This document shows positions 48,271 to 58,270 of a DNA stretch of 64,000 nucleotides, in pieces. The notes beneath the pieces were generated by a model. It ran no database searches, was not told the DNA's origin, and saw only the letters and a list, made by a program, of their open reading frames with translations. This DNA is from an uncultured Flavobacteriaceae bacterium (GTDB lineage Bacteria; Bacteroidota; Bacteroidia; Flavobacteriales; Flavobacteriaceae): positions 1,588 through 65,587 of the forward strand of contig CAYSNJ010000008.1 of NCBI GenBank assembly GCA_964432535.1. The letters are read 5' to 3'. The stretch's first letter is position 1; every line of letters begins with the position of its first letter. A program made the position numbers and the translations under genes.

Positions 48271-48912
48271 TTGAATCTTTTCGAACAATATTTTCCTGGT
48301 TTATCTTATGAACAAATTCACAAATATTCACAACTAAATATACTATATAAACAATGGAATTCTAAAATAAATATTATATCAAGAAAAGATATTGATTTTT
48401 TAAATGAGAAACATATTATTCATTCATTAGCAATTGCTAAATTTCATAATTTTAAATCTGGAACTGAAGTTCTAGATATCGGGACAGGAGGGGGGTTACC
48501 TGGGATTCCTTTGGCTATATTATTTCCAAATGTAAAATTTCATCTAATAGACAGCATTGGAAAAAAAATAAAAGTAGTAAATGATATTTCAGAAAAATTG
48601 GGTTTAAAAAATATATATGCATATCATACAAGAGCAGAAGATTTTCAGCATAAGTTTGACTTTATAGTTAGCAGAGCTGTGACAAAAATGATCGATTTTG
48701 TTCCTCTTGTTTATAAAAATATTAAATCTAAAAACTTTAATAGTATAGAAAACGGAATTATTTGTCTTAAGGGAGGGGATTTAAAACAAGAGTTAATATC
48801 ATTTCCTGAAGCAAGGCAGGTAAAATTATCAACTTATTTTAATTCTGAATTCTTTCAAACAAAAAAAATTGTTTATATACCAAAAAATAATATTTATCCT
48901 AAGAAAGGATAA
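48271..48912 (+). CDS. rsmG: 16S rRNA (guanine527-N7)-methyltransferase (TTG start)
   Basis: 213 aa with the SAM motif LDIGTGGGLPGIPLAI. There is no in-frame ATG before residue ~139, so the TTG start at 48271 is required. Confidence 0.88.
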   Translation: MNLFEQYFPGLSYEQIHKYSQLNILYKQWNSKINIISRKDIDFLNEKHIIHSLAIAKFHNFKSGTEVLDIGTGGGLPGIPLAILFPNVKFHLIDSIGKKIKVVNDISEKLGLKNIYAYHTRAEDFQHKFDFIVSRAVTKMIDFVPLVYKNIKSKNFNSIENGIICLKGGDLKQELISFPEARQVKLSTYFNSEFFQTKKIVYIPKNNIYPKKG

Positions 48913-50519
48913 CGATAATCTGTAACTGGCAAGAAGTTTTCTTTAATCATTCTTGGTGATATCCATCTTAAAAGATTAAACATTGATCCTGCTTTGTCAT
49001 TAGTTCCTGATGCTCTTGCTCCTCCAAAAGGCTGTTGTCCAACTACAGCTCCTGTAGGTTTATCATTTAAGTAAAAGTTTCCTGCGCAATTTTCTAAAGC
49101 AACAATAGCCTGATCAATTGCATATCGATCCTCAGAAAAAACTGCTCCTGTAAGAGCATAAATTGAGGTAGAATCAACTAGTTTTAAGGTTTTCTCCCAT
49201 TCATTATCAGGGTATGTGTATACCGTAACTAAAGGACCAAAAAGTTCTTGTTCCATCGAAAAGTAATTTGGATTCGATGTAGTTACAACAGTTGGATTTA
49301 TAAAATAACCAACTGATTTATCGTATGTTCCTCCATGAAAAATTTCAGCATCAGTATCAGATTTCACTTTTTCAATTGAGCTGGCTATTCTGTCAAAAGC
49401 TTCTTCATGGATTACTGCAGTAATATAATTTCTAAAATCATTTGGTGGTCCAACCTTAATTGTGTCTAATTGTCTTTTTAACTCTGAGAGAATATTTTTA
49501 CTTAACGATTTTGGAAGATAGACCCTCGAGGCTGCAGAGCATTTTTGTCCTTGATATTCAAAGGCACCTCTAACAATTGCAGTAGCTACCTCATTTACCT
49601 TTGAGCTTGGATGTGCAATTATAAAATCTTTACCCCCAGTTTCTCCTACAATTTTAGGGTATGTTTTATAGTTTGAAATATTTTCTCCTATTTTTCTCCA
49701 AATATTTTGAAACACAAAAGTCGAGCCAGTGTAATGTATGCCTGCAAAATCCTTTGAAGCTAAAACAGTATTAGTTATCATTTCAGGATCTCCCATAATC
49801 ATATTAATAACACCATCTGGTAATCCAGCTTCTTCGAAAACCTCCATCACAACTTGGGCAGAAAAGATTTGATGATCACTAGGTTTCCAAACAATAACAT
49901 TACCCATTAAGGCAGCACTAGCGGAAAGGTTTCCTGAAATTGCTGTAAAGTTAAAAGGAGAAACAGAATAAACAAAACCTTCTAAAGGGCGATAATGAAG
50001 TTGATTCCACATACCTGAACTACTTTTGGGTTGGTTTTGGTATATGTCCTGCATATAAGAAGCGTTAAACCTCAAAAAATCAATATATTCACATGCAGCA
50101 TCTATTTCTGCCTGATGGACTGTTTTGGATTGAGCAATCATGGTAGCAGCATTAATTTTACTTCTGTAAGGGCCAGCAATTAAGTCTGCAGCTTTTAGAA
50201 AGCTTGAAGCTCTCCTTGTCCAATGCATTTGACTCCATTTTTTTCTTGCTTTTAAAGCACTTTTTATGGCTTCATTAACTTGATCTTTATTTGCGGTGTG
50301 ATATTCTCCCAATACATGTTTATGGTCATGGGGTGGACTCATGATTTTAGTAGCATCTCCAATAACTTCCTTACCGTTAATCTTTAAATAAACAGTTGAT
50401 TTTTTTTTATATAATTTATTGTAAGTTTCGAGAACAGACTCTCTTTCTTTACTTCCGGGCTTATAATCTAAAATTGTTTCGTTTATAGGGTGTGGAATAG
50501 ATATATTACTGTTATTCAT
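48894..50519 (-). CDS. pruA: L-glutamate gamma-semialdehyde (1-pyrroline-5-carboxylate) dehydrogenase
   Basis: About 541 aa from ATG 50519; the ORF-track start at 50537 is a TTG. It is aldehyde-dehydrogenase fold with ...VGETGGKDF... and ...EYQGQKCSAASR... (catalytic Cys). Confidence 0.88.
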   Translation of the reverse strand: MNNSNISIPHPINETILDYKPGSKERESVLETYNKLYKKKSTVYLKINGKEVIGDATKIMSPPHDHKHVLGEYHTANKDQVNEAIKSALKARKKWSQMHWTRRASSFLKAADLIAGPYRSKINAATMIAQSKTVHQAEIDAACEYIDFLRFNASYMQDIYQNQPKSSSGMWNQLHYRPLEGFVYSVSPFNFTAISGNLSASAALMGNVIVWKPSDHQIFSAQVVMEVFEEAGLPDGVINMIMGDPEMITNTVLASKDFAGIHYTGSTFVFQNIWRKIGENISNYKTYPKIVGETGGKDFIIAHPSSKVNEVATAIVRGAFEYQGQKCSAASRVYLPKSLSKNILSELKRQLDTIKVGPPNDFRNYITAVIHEEAFDRIASSIEKVKSDTDAEIFHGGTYDKSVGYFINPTVVTTSNPNYFSMEQELFGPLVTVYTYPDNEWEKTLKLVDSTSIYALTGAVFSEDRYAIDQAIVALENCAGNFYLNDKPTGAVVGQQPFGGARASGTNDKAGSMFNLLRWISPRMIKENFLPVTDYRYPFLG

Positions 50520-50574
50520 AAAAAAATTATTTTTCAAATGTAATAATAGTGAATGATTTTTTTTAAAAAATCCA

Positions 50575-50602
50575 TAACAACTTTAGTATTTAGAAGTTGT
50601 TA
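50575..50602 (-). terminator. candidate rho-independent terminator for the 50613..51869 gene
   Basis: 9-bp stem TAACAACTT (50575-83) / AAGTTGTTA (50594-602) with a 10-nt loop. On the minus strand it is followed, after 4 nt, by a T6 run. Confidence 0.45.
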
Positions 50603-50612
50603 CTAAATCACT

Positions 50613-51869
50613 TTAGTTTAAAATCTGTCTTGAATCAGTCTCTCCAAAACCAATTAATTCATCAAAAATCCCACCAGGTGGCTTATAGTAAACCAGAATC
50701 TTATAATTATTTTCAGTTTGAAAGAAATTTCCAGAAATAAGATTTGGCTCCCAACCAAATGTTGTGTTAGCGTAATATTTATAATTATAAAACCCTTGTT
50801 TAAAAAGAATCCTTGCTTCATATGCTTCGAGAGCTTTATTGTAAGACATTAAATTCTCTTCACTGGATTCATAGTTATTAAAGTTGCTCAAAATAAAAAT
50901 ATCTGTTTCTGGTAATTCTATGCTTGCAGCTAAAGTGAAGTATACCCAACTATAATCTGCTTCAATTCCAGGATCCTGACTACCTATGACAGTTCTTATC
51001 TGAAAACCTCCATTAATATCATTATTAAAAGAATATGGAAAATTTTTTCTTGGAATATCGGTGTAAAGATAAGACTCATAGAGCAGTTCTAAGTTAACAA
51101 AACTTATGTTTGGGCTTGTAACTCTAAGATCTTTTGTGTCAAAAAAAAGATACTCATTTCCGCCTTCAAAACTTGTCTTAATATCGTATCTGTATTTCAA
51201 AACTTTATTATTTTTGAACTGCGGTTTTATGCCTGAAATGGAGTTATTCCAGTGGTCGTTTTGAATTATCATAACATTTAAATTATCTTCAAAGTCCTGA
51301 AGAGAACCTAAATTTTTTTGGATTAAATTAAATTTTATGTTTTGGTGAGTCGTAAAATATTTTAAATCCCTTGTTCTATATACCTCTGCCGAAACTGACA
51401 CTTTAGGGTTTAGATAAACAAACCTTCTTGAGAATTGTAGCTCATCATTTCTATTATATACATGAATTTTGTAATTGCCTGCTAACTTTAAATTGGTTGA
51501 TGAATTAGGTAATGTTAATTTATAGTGAGTATATCTTTGAAGTGTATTGAAAGAATTTTGAAAATTTGAAATTCTAATATTATCCAACCCATCAATAAAT
51601 TCATTTTTAAATAAAATAGATTCAGACCAATCATAGTTGTGGTAGGTTATTTTATAATAGTAATCCTCTTCATTAGCATTGAGATCATCAAATGATAATT
51701 CCAAGGAGCTTCCTTTTTTTAAAATCGGAAATTGACTTGATTTTTTATCAATTTTAAAAATTACAGTTTTGATATTTTCGGGTTGAGGTATTTTATTAGA
51801 TTCAATATTATTACTGAAAATATTAATTATAACGGCTGATAATATTGTTTTAAAAATGAAAATTTTCAT
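50613..51869 (-). CDS. hypothetical secreted beta-rich protein (possibly DUF5103 / T9SS-plug-like; unverified)
   Basis: 418 aa with a signal peptide and an aromatic/Asn-rich composition. The family guess rests only on size and composition resembling flavobacterial DUF5103 proteins. Confidence 0.3.
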   Translation of the reverse strand: MKIFIFKTILSAVIINIFSNNIESNKIPQPENIKTVIFKIDKKSSQFPILKKGSSLELSFDDLNANEEDYYYKITYHNYDWSESILFKNEFIDGLDNIRISNFQNSFNTLQRYTHYKLTLPNSSTNLKLAGNYKIHVYNRNDELQFSRRFVYLNPKVSVSAEVYRTRDLKYFTTHQNIKFNLIQKNLGSLQDFEDNLNVMIIQNDHWNNSISGIKPQFKNNKVLKYRYDIKTSFEGGNEYLFFDTKDLRVTSPNISFVNLELLYESYLYTDIPRKNFPYSFNNDINGGFQIRTVIGSQDPGIEADYSWVYFTLAASIELPETDIFILSNFNNYESSEENLMSYNKALEAYEARILFKQGFYNYKYYANTTFGWEPNLISGNFFQTENNYKILVYYKPPGGIFDELIGFGETDSRQILN

Positions 51870-51984
51870 TGTTCCAAAATTACAAATAATTATTTTAGAG
51901 CTTAAAAAACATATTAATTATTTAGAATCTTTATAAATAAAAAATTTCCTCTTTCAAACGCTTTTTCAATCTATGTTTAAAGAT

Positions 51985-51992
51985 TAAATTTG
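51985..51992 (+). promoter_or_regulatory. -7 box TAAATTTG upstream of nqrA
   Basis: Matches TAnnTTTG and lies 30 nt upstream of the nqrA ATG. Confidence 0.4.
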
Positions 51993-52022
51993 CATGATTT
52001 TAGTCTAGAAAAATTATAATAT

Positions 52023-53369
52023 ATGTCCAAAGACATAAGCCTAAAAAAAGGAGCAAATCTCAATTTAGCTGGTAAAGCTAAGAAAAGCATTAACGAAAAG
52101 TCAAAATCAGACTTTTTTGCAATTCTTCCTGACAACTTTTTTTCATTAACTCCAAAGTTAATTATTAAGGAGGGAGAAGAAGTTTCTAAAGGATCTCCAA
52201 TTTTTTATGATAAGAAAAACCCATCAATTCAATTTGTTTCTCCTACATCAGGTATAGTTAGTAAAATTATCAGAGTTGCTAAAAGAAAAATTGAATCAAT
52301 TATTATCGAACAGCAAGGTGATAGAGAGATTACTCATAAAATCCCAAAGGTATTAAGTAGAGAAAATATAATTGACACGCTTACTATTAGTGGATGTTGG
52401 CCTTTTATCAGACAAAGACCTTATAATATAATAGCTGATCCAAATGATGTTCCAAAACAGATATTAATTTCTTGTTTTACTTCAGCTCCTTTGGATGTAG
52501 ATTTTGATTTTATTCTTAAAAATCAACAAGATGATTTTCAGTCAGGAATAAATATATTAAACAATCTAGTTGATAATAAAATTATCTTAACTGTCGCTAA
52601 AAATTCAAATAGTTTTTTTGAAAGTATTAATAACGTCGACGTTATTAACATAACTGGTCCTCATCCCTCATCTAATCCAAGCGTCCAAATTCAAAAAATA
52701 TCCCCAATAAATATGGGTGATAAGATATGGGTGATTAGGCCTGAGGATGTTATTAATATTAGTTTATTATTTAAAACCGGTACTTATCAGGCGCAAAGAA
52801 CAGTTGCTGTTGCTGGAAGTTCAATAAAGAATCCACAATACTTTAAAACTAAAATTGGTGCTCAAATTGATCCTTTAATAAAAATAGCTGGTATTAAATA
52901 TAAATCTCAAATGAGATTCATAAATGGAGATGTTTTATCAGGATCTACAACTAATAAAGTAGGATTTTTAGGTTTTTACAATAATTTATTATCTGTAATT
53001 CCTGAAGGAAATAAATATAGAATGTTTGGATGGTTGCCTTTTGTAGATAATTCTATCCCTAGTCTCTCAAGAACAAGTTTTTCTTGGCTTTTCTCCAAAA
53101 AAGGATATGAAATTGATACAAATCTTAATGGAGAAGAAAGAGCTATAGTTGTTACTGGAGAAATGGAGAAAGTATTTCCAATGGATATATACCCTATGCA
53201 ACTTCTAAAAGTTTGTATGACGGGAGATATCGAAAAAATGGAAGCTTTTGGTATCTATGAGGTTGTTCCAGAGGATTTTGGATTGATCGATTATGCAAAT
53301 ACCTCTAAAATTGAAGCTCAAGAAATAATTTCTGATGCAATTGAATTAATGATTAAAGAAGCAGGTTAA
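52023..53369 (+). CDS. nqrA: Na+-translocating NADH:quinone oxidoreductase subunit A
   Basis: 448 aa, first gene of a six-gene nqr cluster, with an NqrA-like N-terminus (...KKGANLNLAGKA...). Confidence 0.92.
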   Translation: MSKDISLKKGANLNLAGKAKKSINEKSKSDFFAILPDNFFSLTPKLIIKEGEEVSKGSPIFYDKKNPSIQFVSPTSGIVSKIIRVAKRKIESIIIEQQGDREITHKIPKVLSRENIIDTLTISGCWPFIRQRPYNIIADPNDVPKQILISCFTSAPLDVDFDFILKNQQDDFQSGINILNNLVDNKIILTVAKNSNSFFESINNVDVINITGPHPSSNPSVQIQKISPINMGDKIWVIRPEDVINISLLFKTGTYQAQRTVAVAGSSIKNPQYFKTKIGAQIDPLIKIAGIKYKSQMRFINGDVLSGSTTNKVGFLGFYNNLLSVIPEGNKYRMFGWLPFVDNSIPSLSRTSFSWLFSKKGYEIDTNLNGEERAIVVTGEMEKVFPMDIYPMQLLKVCMTGDIEKMEAFGIYEVVPEDFGLIDYANTSKIEAQEIISDAIELMIKEAG

Positions 53370-53380
53370 AAATTTAAAAA

Positions 53381-54547
53381 ATGAATTTTCTAAGAAATAA
53401 ACTTGATGAAATAAAAAGACCTTTTACCAAGGGTGAAAAATGGGAAAAATTTGCTCCGGCAATAAATGCTTTTGACACATTTTTATTTGTTCCCAATCAT
53501 ACCACCCAAAAAGGGTCACACATTCGAGACGGAATTGATCTAAAAAGAACAATGGTTACCGTGATAATTGCTTTATTACCGGCTTTATTCTATGGAATAT
53601 ACAATACAGGTTTTCAATATTTAAATCAGTTAGGGTCTGAATTCACATTTATGGATGCTCTTATTCATGGATCTTGGAAGATAATCCCAATGATCGTAGT
53701 TTCTTATGTTGTTGGTTTAACAATTGAATTTGCCTTTGCTATTTATCGTGGTCATGAGGTAAACGAGGGTTATTTAGTAACAGGAATGCTTGTTCCTATG
53801 ATAATGCCTGTTGATATTCCTCTATGGATGGTAGCTATTTCAGTGGCCTTTGCTGTTGTTATTGCAAAAGAAGCCTTTGGAGGAACAGGTATGAATATTT
53901 TAAATCCTGCCTTAACTGCAAGAGCCTTTGCCTTTTTTGCATATCCAACTTATATGTCTGGAAACAAGGTATGGGTTTCAGAGGCAAGTATGGTTGATGG
54001 AGTTTCTGGAGAAACTATTTTAGGCAGTTTAGCTGCAGGACAACAAGTTGGCTACTCAATGCTACAAATGTTTTCAGGATCTATTCCAGGGTCCATTGCT
54101 GAAACTTCAACTTTATGGATTTTAGCAGGAGCCTTAATATTAGTTGCTACTGGAGTTGGGAGTTGGAGAATAATGTTAGGAGGAGTTTTAGGTGCATCAT
54201 TAATGGGATTTTTATTTAATTTATGGGGAGCAAATCCACTTATGAGTTTTAGTTGGATGAGTCACTTAATTGTTGGTGGTTTTGCATTTGGAATTGTTTT
54301 TATGGCAACTGATCCTGTTTCGGCGGCTCAGACTCAAAAAGGAAAATGGATTTATGGTATTTTAGTTGGTGTATTTTGTATTATGATTAGGGTTTTTAAT
54401 CCTGCATATCCTGAAGGTGTAATGTTGGCTATTCTTCTGATGAATGTTTTTGCTCCTACTATTGATCATTACGTTTACAATGCCAACGTGAATAAAAGAA
54501 AAAAACGCTGGGAATCAGCTCAAATTAAAGTAGCACAAACAATATGA
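53381..54547 (+). CDS. nqrB: Na+-NQR subunit B
   Basis: 388-aa polytopic protein with ...DGVSGETILG... (FMN-attachment Thr context) and ...FMATDPVS... Confidence 0.92.
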   Translation: MNFLRNKLDEIKRPFTKGEKWEKFAPAINAFDTFLFVPNHTTQKGSHIRDGIDLKRTMVTVIIALLPALFYGIYNTGFQYLNQLGSEFTFMDALIHGSWKIIPMIVVSYVVGLTIEFAFAIYRGHEVNEGYLVTGMLVPMIMPVDIPLWMVAISVAFAVVIAKEAFGGTGMNILNPALTARAFAFFAYPTYMSGNKVWVSEASMVDGVSGETILGSLAAGQQVGYSMLQMFSGSIPGSIAETSTLWILAGALILVATGVGSWRIMLGGVLGASLMGFLFNLWGANPLMSFSWMSHLIVGGFAFGIVFMATDPVSAAQTQKGKWIYGILVGVFCIMIRVFNPAYPEGVMLAILLMNVFAPTIDHYVYNANVNKRKKRWESAQIKVAQTI

Positions 54548-55275
54548 ATAGAGACAGTAACGCATATACATTTTTATTTTCAGCTATAATGGTTTTTATA
54601 GTAGCAGCTTCACTTGCAGCAACAGCAACTTCCCTTCAAGATATTCAGGCTGAAAACGTTCGTAAAGAAAAAATGCAAAATATTTTGGCGACTATTGGTG
54701 TAATTGTGGAAAGAGAAAAAGCACCAGAGGTTTATACAAAATATATTATCGAAGAACTATCTTTGCTTTCAGATGGCACAATCGATAGAGGAGTTGATGC
54801 ATTTAAACTAAAATTAAATCTGGAAATAAAGAAGCCAATTAATCAACAAAGATTTCCACTGTATTTAGCAGAGGTTGATTCTTCACAATACTACATTGTT
54901 CCATTGAGAGGATCTGGTTTATGGGATGCTATCTGGGGTTATGTAGCTCTTGAAGGAGATAGAAGCACAATAAAAGGAGCTGTTTTTGATCACAAAGGAG
55001 AGACTGCTGGGTTAGGAGCTGAAATAACCCAAAAATGGTTTCAAGATAGTTTTACTGGTGAAAAGGTTCTCAATCAGAATGGGGATCTAGTAGGGATTAA
55101 TGTTTCTAAAACTAACAATGATCCTGATGGAAATGATAAAGATGATAACGAAGTTGATGCTATTTCAGGGGCTACGATAACTGGAGATGGAGTAACAGAT
55201 ATGATCAAAGAACGATTGCAAAATTATTTATCATATTTCAATTCTAAAAAACAAAAAATAGCATACATAAATTAA
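54544..55275 (+). CDS. nqrC: Na+-NQR subunit C
   Basis: 243 aa with a single N-terminal TM helix and the ...AISGATITG... covalent-FMN motif. Confidence 0.92.
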   Translation: MNRDSNAYTFLFSAIMVFIVAASLAATATSLQDIQAENVRKEKMQNILATIGVIVEREKAPEVYTKYIIEELSLLSDGTIDRGVDAFKLKLNLEIKKPINQQRFPLYLAEVDSSQYYIVPLRGSGLWDAIWGYVALEGDRSTIKGAVFDHKGETAGLGAEITQKWFQDSFTGEKVLNQNGDLVGINVSKTNNDPDGNDKDDNEVDAISGATITGDGVTDMIKERLQNYLSYFNSKKQKIAYIN

Positions 55276-55279
55276 TAAA

Positions 55280-55975
55280 ATGTCTAAGAAAAATTGTAAT
55301 ACAGTAAATAAACCAATAATTCTTTTTTTAAACGAAGATAAGGAGCCACTCTTTTCAAAAAAAAATAGAGCTTTATTGACTGATCCAATGGACGATAACA
55401 ATCCGATTACGGTTCAAGTTCTTGGAATATGTTCTGCCCTAGCAATTACTGTTCAGCTTAAGCCTGCAATAGTAATGAGCCTCTCAGTTATGGCAGTTAT
55501 GGCAGCAAGTAATGTTATAATTTCACTTTTAAGAGATTTAATTCCAAATAGAATTAGAATTATTGTTCAATTAGTTGTTGTTGCCTCTATGGTTATTTTA
55601 GTTGATCAAATTTTAAGAGCCTATGCTTACGATGTTAGTAAAGAACTTTCAATCTTTATTGGTTTAATTATTACAAATTGTATTGTCATGGGAAGGCTTG
55701 AAGCTTTTGCACTTGGTAATGGTGTTTGGAAATCATTTTTAGATGGTATTGGTAATGCAGCAGGCTATGGGTTTATACTTATAATAGTCGCATTTTTCAG
55801 AGAGTTATTTGGCTCAGGAAAACTTTTAGGTTTCCAGGTTATCCCAGATTTTATATACGATATGGGGTATGTGAATAATGGTTTGATGCTTTTGTCACCA
55901 ATGGCCCTTATAACTGTAGGTTTGTACATCTGGTTTCAAAGATCAAAAAATAGAACTTTAATTGAAAAAAATTAA
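55280..55975 (+). CDS. nqrD: Na+-NQR subunit D
   Basis: 231-aa hydrophobic protein with ...[10 protein letters not shown]... and ...[10 protein letters not shown]... motifs typical of NqrD/RnfE. Confidence 0.9.
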   Translation: MSKKNCNTVNKPIILFLNEDKEPLFSKKNRALLTDPMDDNNPITVQVLGICSALAITVQLKPAIVMSLSVMAVMAASNVIISLLRDLIPNRIRIIVQLVVVASMVILVDQILRAYAYDVSKELSIFIGLIITNCIVMGRLEAFALGNGVWKSFLDGIGNAAGYGFILIIVAFFRELFGSGKLLGFQVIPDFIYDMGYVNNGLMLLSPMALITVGLYIWFQRSKNRTLIEKN

Positions 55976-55978
55976 TTT

Positions 55979-56596
55979 ATGGAGGCATATTTAAACCTAT
56001 TCATAAAAAGTATTTTCATTGAAAATATGATTTTTGCATATTTCTTAGGGATGTGTTCATATTTAGCTGTTTCTAAAACAGTTAAAACTGCTGTTGGTCT
56101 TGGTTTTGCTGTTATTTTTGTCTTATCAATAACAGTCCCAATTAATTTTTTAATTGACACATACATCCTTAAGCCAGGAGCTTTGAAATGGATCGGACCC
56201 GAATATGAAACCGTAAATCTAAGCTTTCTCAGTTTTATAATGTTTATAGCTGTTATAGCTTCCATGGTTCAATTAGTTGAAATGATAGTTGAGAGATTTT
56301 CTCCTGAGCTTTATGGTGCTTTGGGTATTTTTCTTCCATTAATTGCAGTTAATTGTGCGATTTTAGGTGGATCCTTATTTATGCAGCAAAAAGATTTTTC
56401 TGGAATAACAGAATCAGCTATTTATGGTTTTGGCTCCGGAATAGGATGGTTACTAGCTATTGTTGCTATTGCAGCAATAAGAGAGAAAATTGCATATTCA
56501 AATGTACCCGCTCCTCTAAGAGGTTTGGGTATTACATTTATTATTACAGGATTAATGGCCTTAGGTTTTATGAGTTTTATGGGAATTAAATTATAA
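55979..56596 (+). CDS. nqrE: Na+-NQR subunit E
   Basis: 205-aa hydrophobic protein with ...[11 protein letters not shown]... and ...[11 protein letters not shown]... motifs typical of NqrE/RnfA. Confidence 0.9.
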   Translation: MEAYLNLFIKSIFIENMIFAYFLGMCSYLAVSKTVKTAVGLGFAVIFVLSITVPINFLIDTYILKPGALKWIGPEYETVNLSFLSFIMFIAVIASMVQLVEMIVERFSPELYGALGIFLPLIAVNCAILGGSLFMQQKDFSGITESAIYGFGSGIGWLLAIVAIAAIREKIAYSNVPAPLRGLGITFIITGLMALGFMSFMGIKL

Positions 56597-56599
56597 TTA

Positions 56600-57895
56600 A
56601 TGGATTATAGAGTAATTATATTAAGTATTGTTGTTTTTTTAATTCTTACTTTTTTATTAGTAGGGGTTTTATTAGGTGCTAAGTCTAAGTTATTGCCTTC
56701 CGGACCAGTTAATCTTCAAATTAACGGTGAAAATGATTTAGAAGTTTCCTCAGGAGGTACACTTCTATCTACTTTGGGAAATAATAAAATATTTTTACCC
56801 TCGGCTTGTGGGGGAGGTGGGACATGCATTCAATGTAAATGTCAAATTTTAGATGGGGGTGGAGACATACTTCCAACAGAAAAACCACATTTTACTAGAA
56901 AAGAAATTGCAGAAGGGTGGCGTCTAGGTTGCCAAGTTAAGGTAAAGCAAAATATGGTTATTGAAGTTCCAGAAGAAGTTTTTGGAATAAAAAAATGGGA
57001 AGCCACAGTCATGCGTAATTGGAACGTCGCATCCTTTATTAAAGAATTTGTAGTTAAATTACCTGAAGCGATGGATTACAAAGCAGGTGGCTACATTCAA
57101 ATTGAAATTCCAAAATGTGAGGTTAAATATGATGAAATTGATATTTCTGCTCATCCTGACGAACATCCTGATGAAGTAGAAAAATTCAAAATGGAATGGG
57201 ATAAGTTTAATCTTTGGCCATTGGTGATGAAAAACCCAGAGACAGTAGAAAGAGCCTATTCCATGGCCTCTTATCCCGCTGAAGGTAAAGAAGTTATGCT
57301 TAATGTAAGAATTGCTACTCCTCCATGGGATCGTACAAAAAATGGATGGGCAGATTTGAATCCTGGAGTTGCATCTTCATATATATTTTCCAAAAAAGCT
57401 GGTGATAAAGTAACTATTTCAGGACCCTATGGTGAGTTTTTTATAAATGAATCTGAAGCAGAAATGTTATATGTAGGAGGTGGAGCTGGAATGGCACCGA
57501 TGCGATCTCATTTATATGAACTTTTCAGAACATTAAAAACAGGAAGAATAGTTACTTTCTGGTATGGAGGTCGTTCCAAAAGAGAACTTTTTTATATGGA
57601 TCACTTTAGAGCGCTAGAGAAAGATTTTCCAAATTTTAAATTTTACATAGCACTATCAGAGCCACTCCCTGAAGATAATTGGACAGAAAAAAAGAGTTTA
57701 GATGGAAAAGGTGATGGTTTTACAGGATTCGTTCATCAAGTTGTAATAGACAACTATTTATCTAATCATGAGTCACCAGAAGATATTGAGGTTTATTTTT
57801 GTGGTCCCCCTCTCATGAATCAAGCTATTGAGAGAATGGCAGACGATTTTGGTGTACCCCCGGAAAATGTTCGTTTTGACGATTTTGGAGGATAA
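56600..57895 (+). CDS. nqrF: Na+-NQR subunit F
   Basis: 431 aa with an N-terminal TM helix, the 2Fe-2S motif [10 protein letters not shown], the FAD motif RAYSMAS and an NADH-binding GGGAGMAP. Confidence 0.95.
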   Translation: MDYRVIILSIVVFLILTFLLVGVLLGAKSKLLPSGPVNLQINGENDLEVSSGGTLLSTLGNNKIFLPSACGGGGTCIQCKCQILDGGGDILPTEKPHFTRKEIAEGWRLGCQVKVKQNMVIEVPEEVFGIKKWEATVMRNWNVASFIKEFVVKLPEAMDYKAGGYIQIEIPKCEVKYDEIDISAHPDEHPDEVEKFKMEWDKFNLWPLVMKNPETVERAYSMASYPAEGKEVMLNVRIATPPWDRTKNGWADLNPGVASSYIFSKKAGDKVTISGPYGEFFINESEAEMLYVGGGAGMAPMRSHLYELFRTLKTGRIVTFWYGGRSKRELFYMDHFRALEKDFPNFKFYIALSEPLPEDNWTEKKSLDGKGDGFTGFVHQVVIDNYLSNHESPEDIEVYFCGPPLMNQAIERMADDFGVPPENVRFDDFGG

Positions 57896-57909
57896 ATTTT
57901 ATTAATAAT

Positions 57910-58263
57910 ATGTTATCTGATCAAGATTTACATAATCTAGCTATGAAAACAGTTGGGGATTCTCTAAAAGAAAATGATTTTGAGTTTTTATCCGTTAATT
58001 CTAAACTTAAAAAGGACCCACAATTTGTATGTTTAAAGAATAAAAAACTCCATTTTTTTATAGTAAGAGCTGTTAAATATCCAAAAAACCCCATATCGTA
58101 TGATTCTGTTACGGCTATTAAATTAAAAAAACATGCAGATAAGTTTAATGCAAAAACCTATTTTGCTGGAGTAGGATTTGCGAATTCAATGAATTACGAA
58201 GATCCAATTCAGAAAAACAAGCCTTATGTTGTTAACTTTAATGGATGGTTACTAATTGAATAA
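57910..58263 (+). CDS. hypothetical 117-aa protein embedded between nqrF and apbE
   Basis: An intact ORF with an ATG 14 nt after the nqrF stop. It ends 7 nt before the apbE ATG. It has no TM helix or signal peptide, and I recognise no family. Confidence 0.55.
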   Translation: MLSDQDLHNLAMKTVGDSLKENDFEFLSVNSKLKKDPQFVCLKNKKLHFFIVRAVKYPKNPISYDSVTAIKLKKHADKFNAKTYFAGVGFANSMNYEDPIQKNKPYVVNFNGWLLIE

Positions 58264-58270
58264 ATTAACT

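Noticed and set aside
55972-56589. 97-aa minus-strand ORF and 78-aa plus-strand alternative-frame ORF overlapping nqrE
   Set aside because: nqrE is strongly supported in its own frame, and the alternatives have no recognisable features.
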